In this document: piece after piece, positions 17,281 through 32,949 of the stretch
How the letters are laid out: the number at the start of each line of letters is the position of its first letter
Position numbering within the stretch: position 1 is the stretch's first letter
NCBI RefSeq assembly: GCF_009914755.1
Contig: NC_060930.1
Reading direction: 5' to 3' (one strand)
From: the human T2T-CHM13v2.0 reference genome, Homo sapiens
DNA: 64,000 nt
The notes under the pieces: generated by a model
The model's database searches: none
Told to the model about the DNA's origin: nothing
What the model saw: only the letters and a program-made list of their open reading frames with translations
Translations under genes and position numbers: made by a program

Positions 17281-17625
17281 GCAGCTGTTTTCATCCTGGC
17301 TGCTCATCAAGATCTCTGGGAGTTTAAAGCTATATGGTGCCAGTCTTTACCCACAGACACTAGGATTAAATTGATCTGGGTACCACCTGGGCATGAGGAT
17401 TATTTTTTCCATGCTCCCCAGGTGAATTCTAATGAGCACCCAAGACAAGAACCAGTGTTCTAGAGCAGTGAGCCTCACACTTTAATGTGCACACCAATCA
17501 CGTGGAGATCTTGTCAAAATGCAGATTCTCAGTCAGTGGTCTGGAGTGGGGCTCCAGATGCTACATTTCTATCAAGCTCCCTGGTAATGCTGGGGTAGCA
17601 GGTCTGCCAACCATACTTTTACTAT
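17281..17625. mobile_element. Two adjacent MER5-type elements (another copy at ~15086-15262)
   Basis: AATGCAGATTCT, CAAGCTCCC(C/T)GGT and GAGAACCACT signature motifs. Confidence 0.65.
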
Positions 17626-18295
17626 TCCAGGCCCTTAGGTATACATAGATGTACATACTTTTTTCCCCTAAAAATTAGATCCAATCATAGTCCTGTTTTA
17701 CAACGTGCTTTTTTAATTCAATGATCCATCATGACCTTCTTTGCATGTTAAACAAAATGGACTTCTGCAAAACCAATTTGATTGGCTACACGAGATTCTA
17801 TTTTAAAGACATACTGTAAGTTACTTAGTGCAGTGATGTGGAGATGGGGTTTGCAGCTGGTATAGAGTCTGGGAATTTCAGCACCCCCCTCCATTCTGGT
17901 TGCAGAGGTCAAGTATGGGGGTCCCCGAGTAATTCTGATACACTATCCTTCTTTCCTCTTCTCAGACCTTGAGAACCACTGATCTATTAAGTTCCCATTT
18001 GGGGGAACTTAGATTTCCAAACATTTGGCATTACAAACATAGCAAAAAGAATTATTTTTTTGGAAAAAAAAAGAGAAAAAAAAATCAGCCACACCAATCC
18101 TGTGAGGTAGGTGTTATCACTGTAATCATTTTACAGATAAGTGTCTCCTAGAAATCTGTATTTTTAAAAATTTACCCATGAGGTTCTGCCAATCATCTAG
18201 ATAGGGAATCACTGAAATTCTTATAGGAAGATCATGGTGTTTCCTGGATAAAGCCAAGCTCAGAGTGCTGGGTACACAAACAGTCCCTGTGCTGA

Positions 18296-18711
<416 letters not shown>

Positions 18712-21158
18712 TGAGTGGCCCAGCCAGCAGCAGCCCGTGAGGGGCTCCACTGTAAAAACTCCTGTCCACCAAAGAAGAGGCAGTGCCATGAGGTCATAGA
18801 AGCCATTGAGAACCAGAACTCTTGATAAGTAGAAGCTTGTAGAGAACAGAAGCCATGAGGCAAAGAAAAGAAGGGTTAGAGGTGAGCTGGTAGTGGCAAA
18901 AGTGTGAGAATCAGAGGCAGAAGGAGGCTGTGTCACAGTCATGTCAAAAGGTAGACAATCTCCTGCTGAGAGGGGGACACGTTACTGTCCCCAGAGCTCT
19001 GTATCCTGGGCCCCACTTCTGGTTCCCCAGCCATGCTGTAGCTGCAATGAGGCCCAGCTGGGCAGCCACTCTGGTGCCGGCAGTGCCCTGATTCCCCCAA
19101 TTACCATGTGGGTTCTTCACAATAATTATGTAACCTACCCTCCCACTGGAGGAAGAGAATTATTTGAGATAAACCAAAGAAAGCCATTTACTACAAGCAA
19201 GAGAGCTTAGCACATACTTTAAGTAATTAGATTCATTTATTAAACTTTTGAATAAAGGATTTAAAATGTGATTGCAATGGGAAGAAGTGTGGAAGAGGAT
19301 GGGAAAACACAGGGTAACTGAAGGAAGTGAAGACTAGGGGGTCCCTGGGGTAGGAAGAGAGAGGAAAGACATTGCAAAGAGGGCAAAATGAGGGAGAAGG
19401 AGGGGGCAAACTTCTTTATCCACAACCAGTCCAGGCTATTCCAGTCAGAGAGAGAACCCAACTGGAGGCTAGTGTCAGAGGGCAGGAGCAGCTGAGCAGC
19501 ACAGGGTTGTCCAGGAGAAGATGTTGAGAGGTGGTGTGATACTCAGAGCACGTTCGATGGTGCAGGGAGCAGGTGAGTCCCCCGAGGGGGCCTTGCTCTG
19601 TTGATGACTAATCAGAAGTAACAAGATTTTCTGACTTGGAGTTCACTCTCCACTCACAACCAGAATAAAGACCCTGGTCTACTTTCAGAGGACAGAGCTT
19701 GCACATCCAAGAAGTTCCTACCAATTCCCCTAAGACAAAAGATGTGGAAGTGAGAACAGGAGACTAAGGGATCAGCATCTTCCTGCTAACCATGGGGTGG
19801 ATCGGTTTAGGCAAGTCCGCAGCTGCTATCGAACTCCCAGACAGGCCTGACCCTTAACAGCCTCTCTCCATGAGCAGGAGCTTTATTCACTTATTTAGTG
19901 ACAGAAGCATCAGTCCCAGAAGACATATAGAATAATAGTAACACCAACAATAACAATCCCTTATAGGTCCTTACTTATGGGCCTGACATCCTGTCAGGAG
20001 CCTTTTACCCAATATCTCACTTCATCTTCACATCAGCCTTCTGAGTGAGGTAAGTTCGATGACTGTCCTCATTTTCCAGATAAGCTGAGGCTCAGGGAGG
20101 TTCATTAATTTGATGGAGCTAATTAGAGCAGAAATGGGATCCACACTAGATCTGTCTAATCCAGAGTCTATGCTCTTGGTCACTTGAGCTATACTGACTC
20201 CCTCATCAATTATGACAGTTAAAAGGGAATATGGAAGTGGTCTAAGCTCCAAGCCCATCTAAAATATGAAGGCATCTTCGAAACCTCCCCATTTCACTGT
20301 ACACTTGGAGAATTGTAAGAGTCATCCTATTTGGCCACTGTCTGATGGTGAAATCAAGCCTTGGGCAGCAGCAACTTCCACTTGCAGACATAATCAGAAG
20401 TCTCTCGTTTATAATACACTGAACTTTTTCTAGAACCTTCCACCTCAGTGTTTCCCCAGGTAGTAGATAAACTGTGAAAAGCCAGGTCTTGAGTTAGCCA
20501 AATCAAGCTGATGCAATGAATCAAACACCATCTTCATCAAAGAAAAGGGATCAGCAAATCACTAAACCAACACAGCACTTTGCTGTTTGTCAGCAAGCAG
20601 CAACCCCAGACCTTGTTCCAGTGGCCCAGAGACAGCCTTACCTATCTCCTCTGGGAAATCTTCTACGGGACTCTTGAGGAGACTACAGAATCGTGAGGCC
20701 AAGTCTGAGAGCTTTGGAGAAAGGAGTAGCAGAAATTCCTTTTACTTCGTCCTTTTTTTATCAGGCTTGTCTTGTTGTTGGCTGAAGAAAAACAGTCTGT
20801 TGAACTACATTCTTGTCCAAACAACACAATTAACTTCCTCCTCTTCCTTTTCCTTTCCCTTCTCCTCCTTTTCCGGCTGCCTGAAGCTTCGAGAAAGTAA
20901 ATTTTGTGTCTTTCATTTAATATTACCTCTGTAGTTGCTGAGACCACAGCTTGCAGAGCTGACTTACAAGTAGGCATCACCCTATAAACTATTATTTGAT
21001 TTGAAGGAGGGTAGAGGGTCAGTCTGTTCAGGTACTGGACACTAATTTTTTAAATTACTCACCAGATAGTTCCAATGCTGTTAAACTGTTCCAAAGTATA
21101 AGAGAGAAAGCAAGCTTTTAGATTATTTTTTTACAAAAGCAATATGACACTGATACTA

Positions 21159-21569
<411 letters not shown>

Positions 21570-22116
21570 TCATTTCTGACACAAACCTTTTAATAAAAAA
21601 GAGAGATATTTCCTTAACACAATAAATAAATGTATGCAATCAGATCCAAACCAGCAGCATGCTTAATGGTGAAATACTAAAAGAATCCCAGCAAATCCAG
21701 GAAAAAGACAAGGATGCCCATATCACTACTACTATTTCACATTGCAGTGAAGGTATAAGCCAATAGTATTTTAGAAGGAAAATAAATATTAAAATAAATA
21801 TTAAGGTATAAAAGTTAGTAAGGGAAGGAAAATTTTCATTATTTGCAGTTGTTATAGTATTGTGTACTTTGAAAACTTAAGAGTAAGCAAATGCACTTCA
21901 GTATCTAATTGCAAAATAAATATACAAATGAATAGCTATGCTATAAGTAAATGACTCAGACCTAAGAAAACAGAATCCTAAGGTGGCAGTGGAGAAAGAT
22001 AGAAATCAAATCAATTTACACGACAGAATCTCCCAAAAGGCTCAGGAATGGATGGAACCATTTATCTTTGGAAATGAAAGAGAGATAAAACAGAGAACTG
22101 ATGGAAATACCACTTA

Positions 22117-22290
<174 letters not shown>

Positions 22291-22759
22291 CTAGCTACTC
22301 GGGAGGTGGAGGTAGAAGAATTGCTTGAGCCCAGGAGTTCAAGGTTACAGTGGGTTATGATTGTGACACTGCACTCCAGCCTGGGCGATAGAGCACAACT
22401 CTCTCTCTCTAATTAATAAATAAATAAATAAAAGCAATTAGAGCCTTAGATGCCCCCCCAACTCCCTGTCTCCCCACAGCAACAGATTGGTGGTTTATTG
22501 CCTAAAAAGGGTAAACTGGGGGTGAGGGTGAGGTAGATGTCTGGTCTGGAGGACACTAGGCACACTTGACACTACACAGAAAACAGGATGCCGGGTGCAG
22601 TGGCTCATGCCTGTAATCCCAGCACTTTGGGAGGCCAGGGCAGGCAGATCACAAGGTCAGGAGTTCAAGACCAGCCTGACCAACATGGTGAAACCCCATG
22701 TCTACTAAAAATACAAAAAACTAGCCGGGCGTGGTGGTGCACGCCTATAATCCCAGCTA

Positions 22760-23123
<364 letters not shown>

Positions 23124-23516
23124 CTAGAGGCAGAAACTCTTGCCTTCTTCCGCCTCTGCTCCTATAACATTGGCAGCCTGGCTTGCACCCTTCCAGACAG
23201 AGATGGGAAAGGACACATCTGGGGAATCTGATCAGCTGACAAGTAAAGACATAAACGTATAGACCTCAAGCATTCCTCCAATGAAACTATCCAGCCAGAA
23301 CACCCTATAAATCCTTCCTTGCATTGTCAAAGTTTCCAATCAGCTTAAATAGGAGCAAACTACCAAGGATCACCTGAGGCATCTGAGGAAAACTTCTAAC
23401 ATGGATCACTAGAAACTAAAATGTACAAATAGAAAAAAGAAACTTGGAGAAAATGAATTATGCAATTACACAAGGAGAAGAAAACTAAAACAAAACAAAT
23501 CTTATCATTAATATGA

Positions 23517-24061
23517 ATATTAGGATTCTCCAGAGAAACAGGAACAATAAGGTAAATGGATGGATGGATGGATAGATAGATAGACAGATAGATATTTATC
23601 TGGTTGATCCTGCTAGTAGCAATAAATAAATAAATAAATAATAGATGTAGATATATAAAGGGGAGATTATTATAAGGAATTGGCTCACACGAATATGGAG
23701 GCTAAGAAGTCCACAAATCTGCAGTCTAAAAGCCTGAGAACCAGTAGGCTGATGATGTAAGTTCCAGTCCATGTCCAAAGACAGAAGCCCAATGTCCCAG
23801 GTCAAACACCATAAGGTAGAGAAAGCAAATTCCCTCTTGCTCAGCCTTTTTGTTCTATTCAAATTGAATACCACAGATTGAATCAGGCTTGCTCAACGTT
23901 GGTGAAGGCAATTTGTTTTACTCAGTCTACTGATTCAAATGTTAATCTCATCCAGAAACCCCCTTGTCACCCTGCCTGCAGATAACCCAGAATAATGTTT
24001 AACCAAATATCTGGGTACCCTATGGGCCCAGTCAAGTTGACACATCAAATTAACTATCACA
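23517..24061 (-). mobile_element. MLT2 (ERVL) LTR with internal (GATG)/(GATA) microsatellite
   Basis: TTCTCCAGAGAAACAG, AAGGAATTGGCTCAC, CAAGTTGACACATCAAATTAACTATCACA. Confidence 0.8.
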
Positions 24062-25013
24062 ATATCCTTAGAAAAGTTAAAAGCAATTGTAATATCATAT
24101 CCATAAACTAAGTATAGAGTGCTACAAAGAAAAAAATATTCACAGGGAAAAGAATGAGAGAGGGCCGTTGCAAATTAATGACATGATAGCAGAGATTATT
24201 TTTAATATACAGAAAGTTTGGAAGATGATGTTGAGGAAATCTCTAAGTATGTAGAGTTCAAACACAAAGAGGTAGAAAATAGGAATGAAAAGATAAGAAA
24301 ATTAGAAGGCTAGTTCAGGTGGAACATGACCCAAATAGTAGGAGTCCCAGAAAGAATAAACAGTGAACATGAAAGAAAGGAAACCGTTAAAGAAATAGTT
24401 CAAGGGAATTGCCCAGAAATGTATAGTATGAGTTTCCAAATTAAAAGTGTCCAGCACAAAGAATTAAAATAGACCTATACTAAGGTACATCATGCAGATT
24501 TCACAATGGGGACGAAGAAAAATATCTTCCACATTTCTGGAGAGAAAGCCAAAGGACCCATATAAAAGATCAGGGACAAAAATGGCTTCTGACTTCTCAA
24601 CAGGAAGCTGGAAAGCAAAAAAGCAATGCCTTCAAAATTCTAGAGTAAAATGATTTTCAATCTAGAGAAACCATGTCCAGCCATTTTTCAAGTATGAGAG
24701 CAAAATAAAAATATTTTAGATGTGAGAAAATTTACCCCCCATGCACCCTTCCTTATGAAGCTATTGAAGGGTATGTTTTATCCAAACATGACAGTAAAGA
24801 AAACAAAACAAGGAAGACAGAATGTCCAGGAAACTGGAGCTCTATCACAGGCTAAGGGAATCCCAGGAGACCATGACAGAAGACAAAGGGATACAAAATG
24901 TGCACCCATCATGGAGAGCGGCAAGCCCAGATTTTTTTTTTCAGGGAGATAACGTTGAGAAAATAATCAATCTCGCAAAGAGATATATAAGCTAGGTAAG
25001 AGTTTGAGGTTGA

Positions 25014-25312
25014 GGCCGGGTGCAGTGGCTCACGCCTGTAATCCCAGCACTTTGGGAGGCCGAGGCAGGCGGATCACGAGGTCAGGAGATCGAGACCATC
25101 CTCGATAACACGATGAAACCCCGTCTCTACTAAAATAATACAAAAAAATAGCCGGGAGTGGTGGCAGGCGCCTGTAGTCCCAGCTACTCGGGAGGCTGAG
25201 GCAGGAGAATGGCGTGAACCTGAGAGGCGGAGCTTGCAGTGAGCCGAGCCGAGATTGTGCCACTGCACTCCAGCCTGGGCGACAGAGCAAGACTCCGTCT
25301 CAAAAAAAAAAA
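25014..25312 (+). mobile_element. AluY
   Basis: AluY diagnostics; 16-bp TSD AAGAGTTTGAGGTTGA (24998-25013 / 25313-25328). Confidence 0.92.
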
Positions 25313-25432
25313 AAGAGTTTGAGGTTGAATGAATGATAATGACATTAAGAAAAAACAACTGAGGAAATGGAGGAAAAAAGTGACAATTATTAACTCCAGG
25401 GAAAACAAATACTAAATACTAAAATGCATTAA

Positions 25433-25893
<461 letters not shown>

Positions 25894-26830
25894 CAGAGGT
25901 TATCAACAAATCATGTTGGCTAGTCATTTCAGGGGGAAAAAAGTATTTCTTACTCTTTATTCACACACACACAAAAATCCCAGATGAATTTAAATAGAGG
26001 AAATAAATCCATAAAGGTACTAGAAGGTAAACAGCATATAAACTTGTAAGATCTCTCTATATGAAATATAACATTTAGTATCAAAAAGGAAAATATTGAT
26101 AACTTTGACAATGTAAAAATGTAAAGCATTTCTTCAGGGGAAAAAATCATTAAAAAGTCAAAAGATAAACAAATCAGGGATAATATCCACCACATATATA
26201 ATAGCCAGAGAGTTATTAAAAAAAAACTTATCTAAAGAGCATTAGCAAATCGGTAAGAAAAAGACCAACAGTTGACTTTGAAAAATGAGACTAGGGAATT
26301 TACTCATAGAAGAGCATGCTATTTATTGCTTTATAAATACATAGGAAGATAAAAGTTGCTTAACCTTGCTCAGAATTAAGAAATAATAATTAAAACAAAA
26401 ATGAAATACTATTTCATCTGTAAGATGAGCAAAGATTAAAAAGTGCCACAATTTTCAATATTGTCAAGAATATGGAGAAACAGTCATACTCACATACTTT
26501 TAGTGGGAGTGTAAATGGATATATTATCTTAGGAGAGGAAATTGGCTATATTTATCCGAACTTGTAATGCACATATCATTTGGACCAGAATTTCGCTTAT
26601 CGAAACTTATGCTACAGATATATATTTGTATGTTCACGAAAGCATATATACAAGGTTTGTCGTGTTAGAGAGATCCCTTCAGGATTGACTCCCAGGAATA
26701 AATTCCTGAACACTGTTACACACGTGGTGTGGATTGAAGAATAGGCTTTACGAGATCAGGGTCAACAGGAGAAGGCCTATGACTCCCTTCAGCCCATTAA
26801 CCACTGGACAGGTATGCTGGAATCAAGTAG

Positions 26831-27241
<411 letters not shown>

Positions 27242-27297
27242 TAACAATGGTGCTCAAACTTGGACATTGTGCTTGCCATCCAGATACGGTACCAGCC

Positions 27298-27934
27298 AGA
27301 GCCAGGACTTATAAAGAGGCAAATGAGGCACTTGCCCCTGGTGCAAAATTTAAAGTGGCACTAAAAAACTCAGTAACCAAGATATTATATTTCAATGAAA
27401 TAAGATTTGCGGGGGGGAGTGTTTGTTTTTGAGATAAGGTCTTGCTCTGTCACCCAGGTTGGAGTGCAGTGGCACAATCAGCTCACTGTAACCTCAAACT
27501 CTTGGACTCAAGGGATCCTTCTGCCTTAGCCTCTCAAGTAGCTGGGACTACGGATGCATGCCATTACACCTGGCTAATTTTTAATTTTTTGTAGAAACTG
27601 TGTCTTGCTTTGTTGCCCAGGCTTGTCTCAAACTCCTGGCCTCAAGCGATCCTCCTACCTCAGCCTCCCAAAGTGCTGGTATTACAGGTGTGAGCCACCA
27701 TGCCCAACTCAATGAAGTATTTTTTTAAAATACAAATTAATGTAAAATCCAACAGGACTCTGTATGGCACAGTTGTTAATCCTGTCTTTATTTAAAAGCT
27801 TGCTATTTGTCCATCATTAATTTTGTATTTATATCAATTTTTTTTAAATAGCGCGTTAAAATATTACTTATCTTAATTACTGAGATTTTGGTGTCCTCTA
27901 AAATTTTGCATCTAAACATCCTAGTCTCAGCCCT
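27298..27934. mobile_element. MER96B-like DNA transposon interrupted by an Alu (27421-27708)
   Basis: GAGGCACTTGCCCCTGGTGCAAAATTTAAAG...AAAAACTCAGTAA, with the inverted counterpart TTACTGAG...AAAATTTTGCA near 27880-27910. Confidence 0.6.
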
Positions 27935-28173
27935 TTGCCATTGTTTGCCTTGTTGTCTGGAGATGCCAGCTGACAGCACCTGGGTAAGGGAGGTGCTGGC
28001 TCTGCTGACAGTGATAAACTGCAGCCCTGGGTACTAGAAAAAAGTGAGGGAGGGGGAGCTCTGAGTCCTGGCTGGCTCATTGTCCAGACTACACAGAGGA
28101 AGCACTTTCATACAATCATTTCACCACAAGCGTGTTTACTGCAGCAATATTCAGATAGAAATGTGTTGAAAAT

Positions 28174-28231
28174 CGGAGCTCCAGTGGTGCAATCGGTTAG
28201 CGCACGTGGTACTTACACAGCAGTACATGCA
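28174..28231 (+). pseudogene. Retrocopied 5' part of pre-tRNA-Ile(TAT): leader + 5' exon + partial intron
   Basis: GCTCCAGTGGTGCAATCGGTTAGCGCACGTGGTACTTACA (28178-28217) matches the tRNA-Ile-TAT 5' exon and is followed by intron-like CAGCAGTACATGCA. Direct repeat GTGTTGAAAAT at 28163-28173 and 28237-28247. Confidence 0.85.
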
Positions 28232-28719
28232 AAAAAGTGTTGAAAATAACCTAAATGATCATCAATAGGAACTAAATTTTTTTAAAAAATCATATGTATC
28301 TGTGAAAAAGAATAAACAAGATAAAAGTTGAAAAAAGCAAGGTATAGAACAATTCATAGAGTAGGCCTCCATTTGCAAATTTTTAAGACATGATATATAT
28401 TAGTGATATTATTTGTGTGTGTATGTTGTGTGTGTGTGTGTTTGTGTTTTGTTGTTGTTTTGAGGCAGAGTCTCACTCTGTTACCCAGGCTGGAGTGTAG
28501 TGGTGTGATCTTGGCTCACTGCAACCTCCGCTTCTTGGGTTCAAGAGGTTCTCATGCTGCAGCTTCCAAGACGGGATCTCGCCATGTTGGCCAAGCTAGT
28601 CTTGAACTCCTGACCTCAAGTGATCCGTCTGCCTTGGCCTCCCAAAGTGCTGGGATTACAGGCTTGAGCCACCGCGCTCGGCCTAGTTATCATTATTGAT
28701 AATAATTATTGATAACAGA

Positions 28720-28890
28720 CAATCATTCAGTGCCTTCTAAATGCCAGACTCATTTAACCCCCATTAACACTCTATGAGACAGATACTATTATTATGCCCA
28801 TTTTACAGATGAAGAAACTAAGATCCAGAGAGATTAGTTAACTCTTCCAAGGTCACTCAGCTAGCAATTGGAGGAACCAGGATTTGAACA
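28720..28890 (-). mobile_element. MIR (other copies at ~9915-10075, 14475-14600, 19960-20190)
   Basis: Core CCCATTTTACAGATGAAGAAACT...AAGGTCAC...GGATTTGAAC. Confidence 0.75.
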
Positions 28891-28925
28891 TACATAAATA
28901 TTTGTGTATATTCATGAATAGTTTA

Positions 28926-29309
<384 letters not shown>

Positions 29310-29338
29310 TTAAATTGTTTGAATTCTCTTTTTACAGT

Positions 29339-29530
29339 TAGGGTTGCCAGATAAAATACAGGATGCCCACTTAAATTTGAATTTCAGAAAAAGAACAAAT
29401 TGATTTTTAGTATAAGTACATCCCATGCAATACTTGGAACACACTTAAATAAAAAATTATTTGTTATGTCTCTTAAACCCAAATTTCACTGGGTGCCCTC
29501 TATTCGTATTTTCTAAATCTGACAACCCTA
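29339..29530. mobile_element. MER53-like hAT MITE
   Basis: TIRs TAGGGTTGCCAGAT / ATCTGACAACCCTA. Confidence 0.8.
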
Positions 29531-30340
29531 CTTTTAGCTAGCCTTCATTTGGCGAGGCCAGCAATTCCCTTCAAAGTGAAATATCCATTCTCCGGCAATG
29601 TGCCATAATCTGATAAAGCAGGATTTTAATAGGTGGCCTAATTCAGATACTGAAGTTATTCTGTACAACGATGACAAATTAATTAGGGGTAATTCAGAAA
29701 CAACTGTGCTTGAAGCTCTGTCTTCCCTTGATTTTTTTGACTGAAAGGGATGTGCCATCAATCATGAGAAAATTCAGGCGCCCTCCAAGATGCAGTTTGG
29801 CTCTGCCTCTGCCCGCTAGAGGAATTCACCCTGGACCAGATAGAGGCTTTTGTTTTTCAAGCCCCCTACCACTAAAAAGCAGGCATAGATATTAATGGGC
29901 ATCTTGGATCCACATCTGGGTATTAGATTATTAGAAGGGCATCAGAATTTGCATGCGGTCCGAACCAGCCACTGCCTCCGAAGCCTTGCAGACCACAGTG
30001 CCTGCTGCCCTTCCTCTGGGTCCATATCACCAATCAGAATATGAAGTGTGTCTCCTTAACTGCTGATGACCGGAGCCTTCTGGGAATTCCTGAGGGAGGG
30101 GAAGGACTTAGCCTGTGGCTTCTAGTCCTGAGGATGCTCCCTTTGAATGTCAGTTACCAGCTGCTTATGGAAGCTAAGACAAGGGACATCAAGTACTTCG
30201 GGGTCCCAAGCTGTATAACAGGAATCGGTCACGTTCAAACAAAAGCTAGCTCCAGTGCTGAAGAGGAACTCCAGAGATCGAAAAGCTCAGCCCCACGGAG
30301 GTTGGTCCCTCCTCCGGCACTGCGGAGGCCAGCCTGGGCA

Positions 30341-30359
30341 AGGGCGCCCCCTGCAGGCT
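30341..30359 (-). promoter_or_regulatory. Candidate CTCF site
   Basis: Minus strand reads GCCTGCAGGGGGCGCCCT, a close match to the CTCF core, within a CpG-retaining non-repeat patch. Confidence 0.65.
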
Positions 30360-31774
30360 CCCGGCATCGGTGCCGGAGAAGCACGGTGGACTCTGAGCTG
30401 CCGCCGGTTTTGTGGGTGGCTTTGCCTCCCTCACTTCTAAAACCTCCAGCGGTGGCGGTCCCCTTATACCCTGCCTGGGGGGGATACTTGGAGAGGAGAA
30501 TGAGGGGCTTCTTCCCAGTGGGCAGAACCAAAGGCAGTACCGATGACTTGAAGCTGGGCTCTAGAGAGCAAACAAGACTTTCCTGTATTCAAATTCGCAG
30601 GCAGTGATTTATGTTTAGGCCACTGGCTTGGCTGCCGGTTGTGGATTCCATTGACTGGCGGACAAAATTAAGCTCCTGGTTCCTCACGTGGATGCCATCA
30701 GATCCCTAGTGAAGAATCCCGTGGAACAAAGCTGTAGATGTTCTGATAAGATGAGAGAGGCAGACAAGTGGTCACATGACCAGAGAGACCGTGGAGGAGT
30801 GGATGCTGCCTTGGCCTGGGGGAGGACCCAACGTATTTAGCAGTCCACGCACGTGCTACTCACAGCAGCCCTGTGAGCTTATCCTTTCCCTACCCTTTTC
30901 TGTGCCTGGAGGCACCGGCCTAAAGGTAGGTTATATTTCACTGCTGCCCTCTCATCAGAGCCAAAACTATGTTGTCACAATTAATGCTGAATTCGGTAAA
31001 AGCCACCACTAAGGAGATGTACAGAAAAACAGCATTCCTGATTTCTTAGCATCTGATTTGTCAAGAATGGGTTTATAATCTGAATATAAAATGGCCCTTC
31101 CTACTTGCCCATCTCCTAAGCAGCAAGTAAAGGAGGGTGGAGGCATTGACTCCTCACTTTATAGCTGAGGATTTTCACTGACTCAGGAACATGCATGAGG
31201 AAGCCTACTGTTCTATCACAAGCCATTTACTCTCCTAATTGCTTCCAACATATAACTCCATGGTGACAGACCAAAGAGTGAGTAACAATAATGGGGACAG
31301 GTAAGAGTCCCATCAATAAATTGCCAAAACCCCAAGTACATCTGGTGATGCTACCTATGAAGGGATCTGATAAATACAAATAAGGAATTTTGAACTTTGC
31401 TTTGATAAATACAAGTGAAGGATTGGGACAAAGAGTGGGAAAACAAGGGAAAACTAACAAGTAAACAAATGAGTCTAAACTAACAAGTAAACATATGAGT
31501 CTAAAATGAAATTTCCCTCTACCTTTTAGGTTCTACATGATGATGGTGACCAATCTGATGAAAATCCACTAAGTAAACTGGGACAGGAACTTATAATTTC
31601 ACAATTCACCAGAAAGATGAAAGTAAAAATGAAAACTCTTTTTAACTAAATGGTAGATAAATTATGAACAAACTATCCGGGAATCAAATCATAAAGGGGA
31701 AGAGGAGGGAGGCCAGGGAAGTACTGAATATGACCATAAACACAAATTTACTACATCAGTTAAGAGATCTTTGA

Positions 31775-32145
<371 letters not shown>

Positions 32146-32446
32146 TAGTCAAGGATCAGCCCTCAATAAGCATGGGGTTATTCCCTCCAATAGGGAGCAG
32201 CACAAGCTACAACTCTAAGAGACTCCTCATGTAGCACTTGTGGACAGACTGAACCCAAAAGGAGCAGACTGGAATGTGTGTAGAGAATAGCCACACTCAA
32301 TTAATGCTAATTAACACTCAGTTATTTGCAGACCATATAGGTGTGTAAACTCAACTATGGAAGAGTACAACTATTAGCCATTGGCAAAAGCAATTGATGG
32401 AAACAAATGCCAACAAAAATTGGTGAGTAAAAATCCTAAATGACTG

Positions 32447-32770
<324 letters not shown>

Positions 32771-32949
32771 TTAAGTACACTACTGCCCTTTCAATAGTTT
32801 TAAAAAATGAACACATTTATCACTTGTCTACGGTAAGTTTGTTTAACTGACTCAGCTTGGGAGCCTGGGAATTCTGTTCCTGCAGATTCTGACAGTGGGT
32901 GCCGTACTGGATTACTTTTCTAACAGTGAGAAAAGATAGGACAATTTTA

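Noticed and set aside
28178-28231. Functional tRNA gene
   Set aside because: Lacks the 3' exon, B box and acceptor 3' strand, and the anticodon is altered. The Gly fragment at 44118-44156 is likewise incomplete.
30041-30607. 188-aa ORF as a protein-coding gene or processed pseudogene
   Set aside because: No recognisable domain or parent gene, and no poly(A) or TSD seen. Retained only as part of the regulatory-patch finding.
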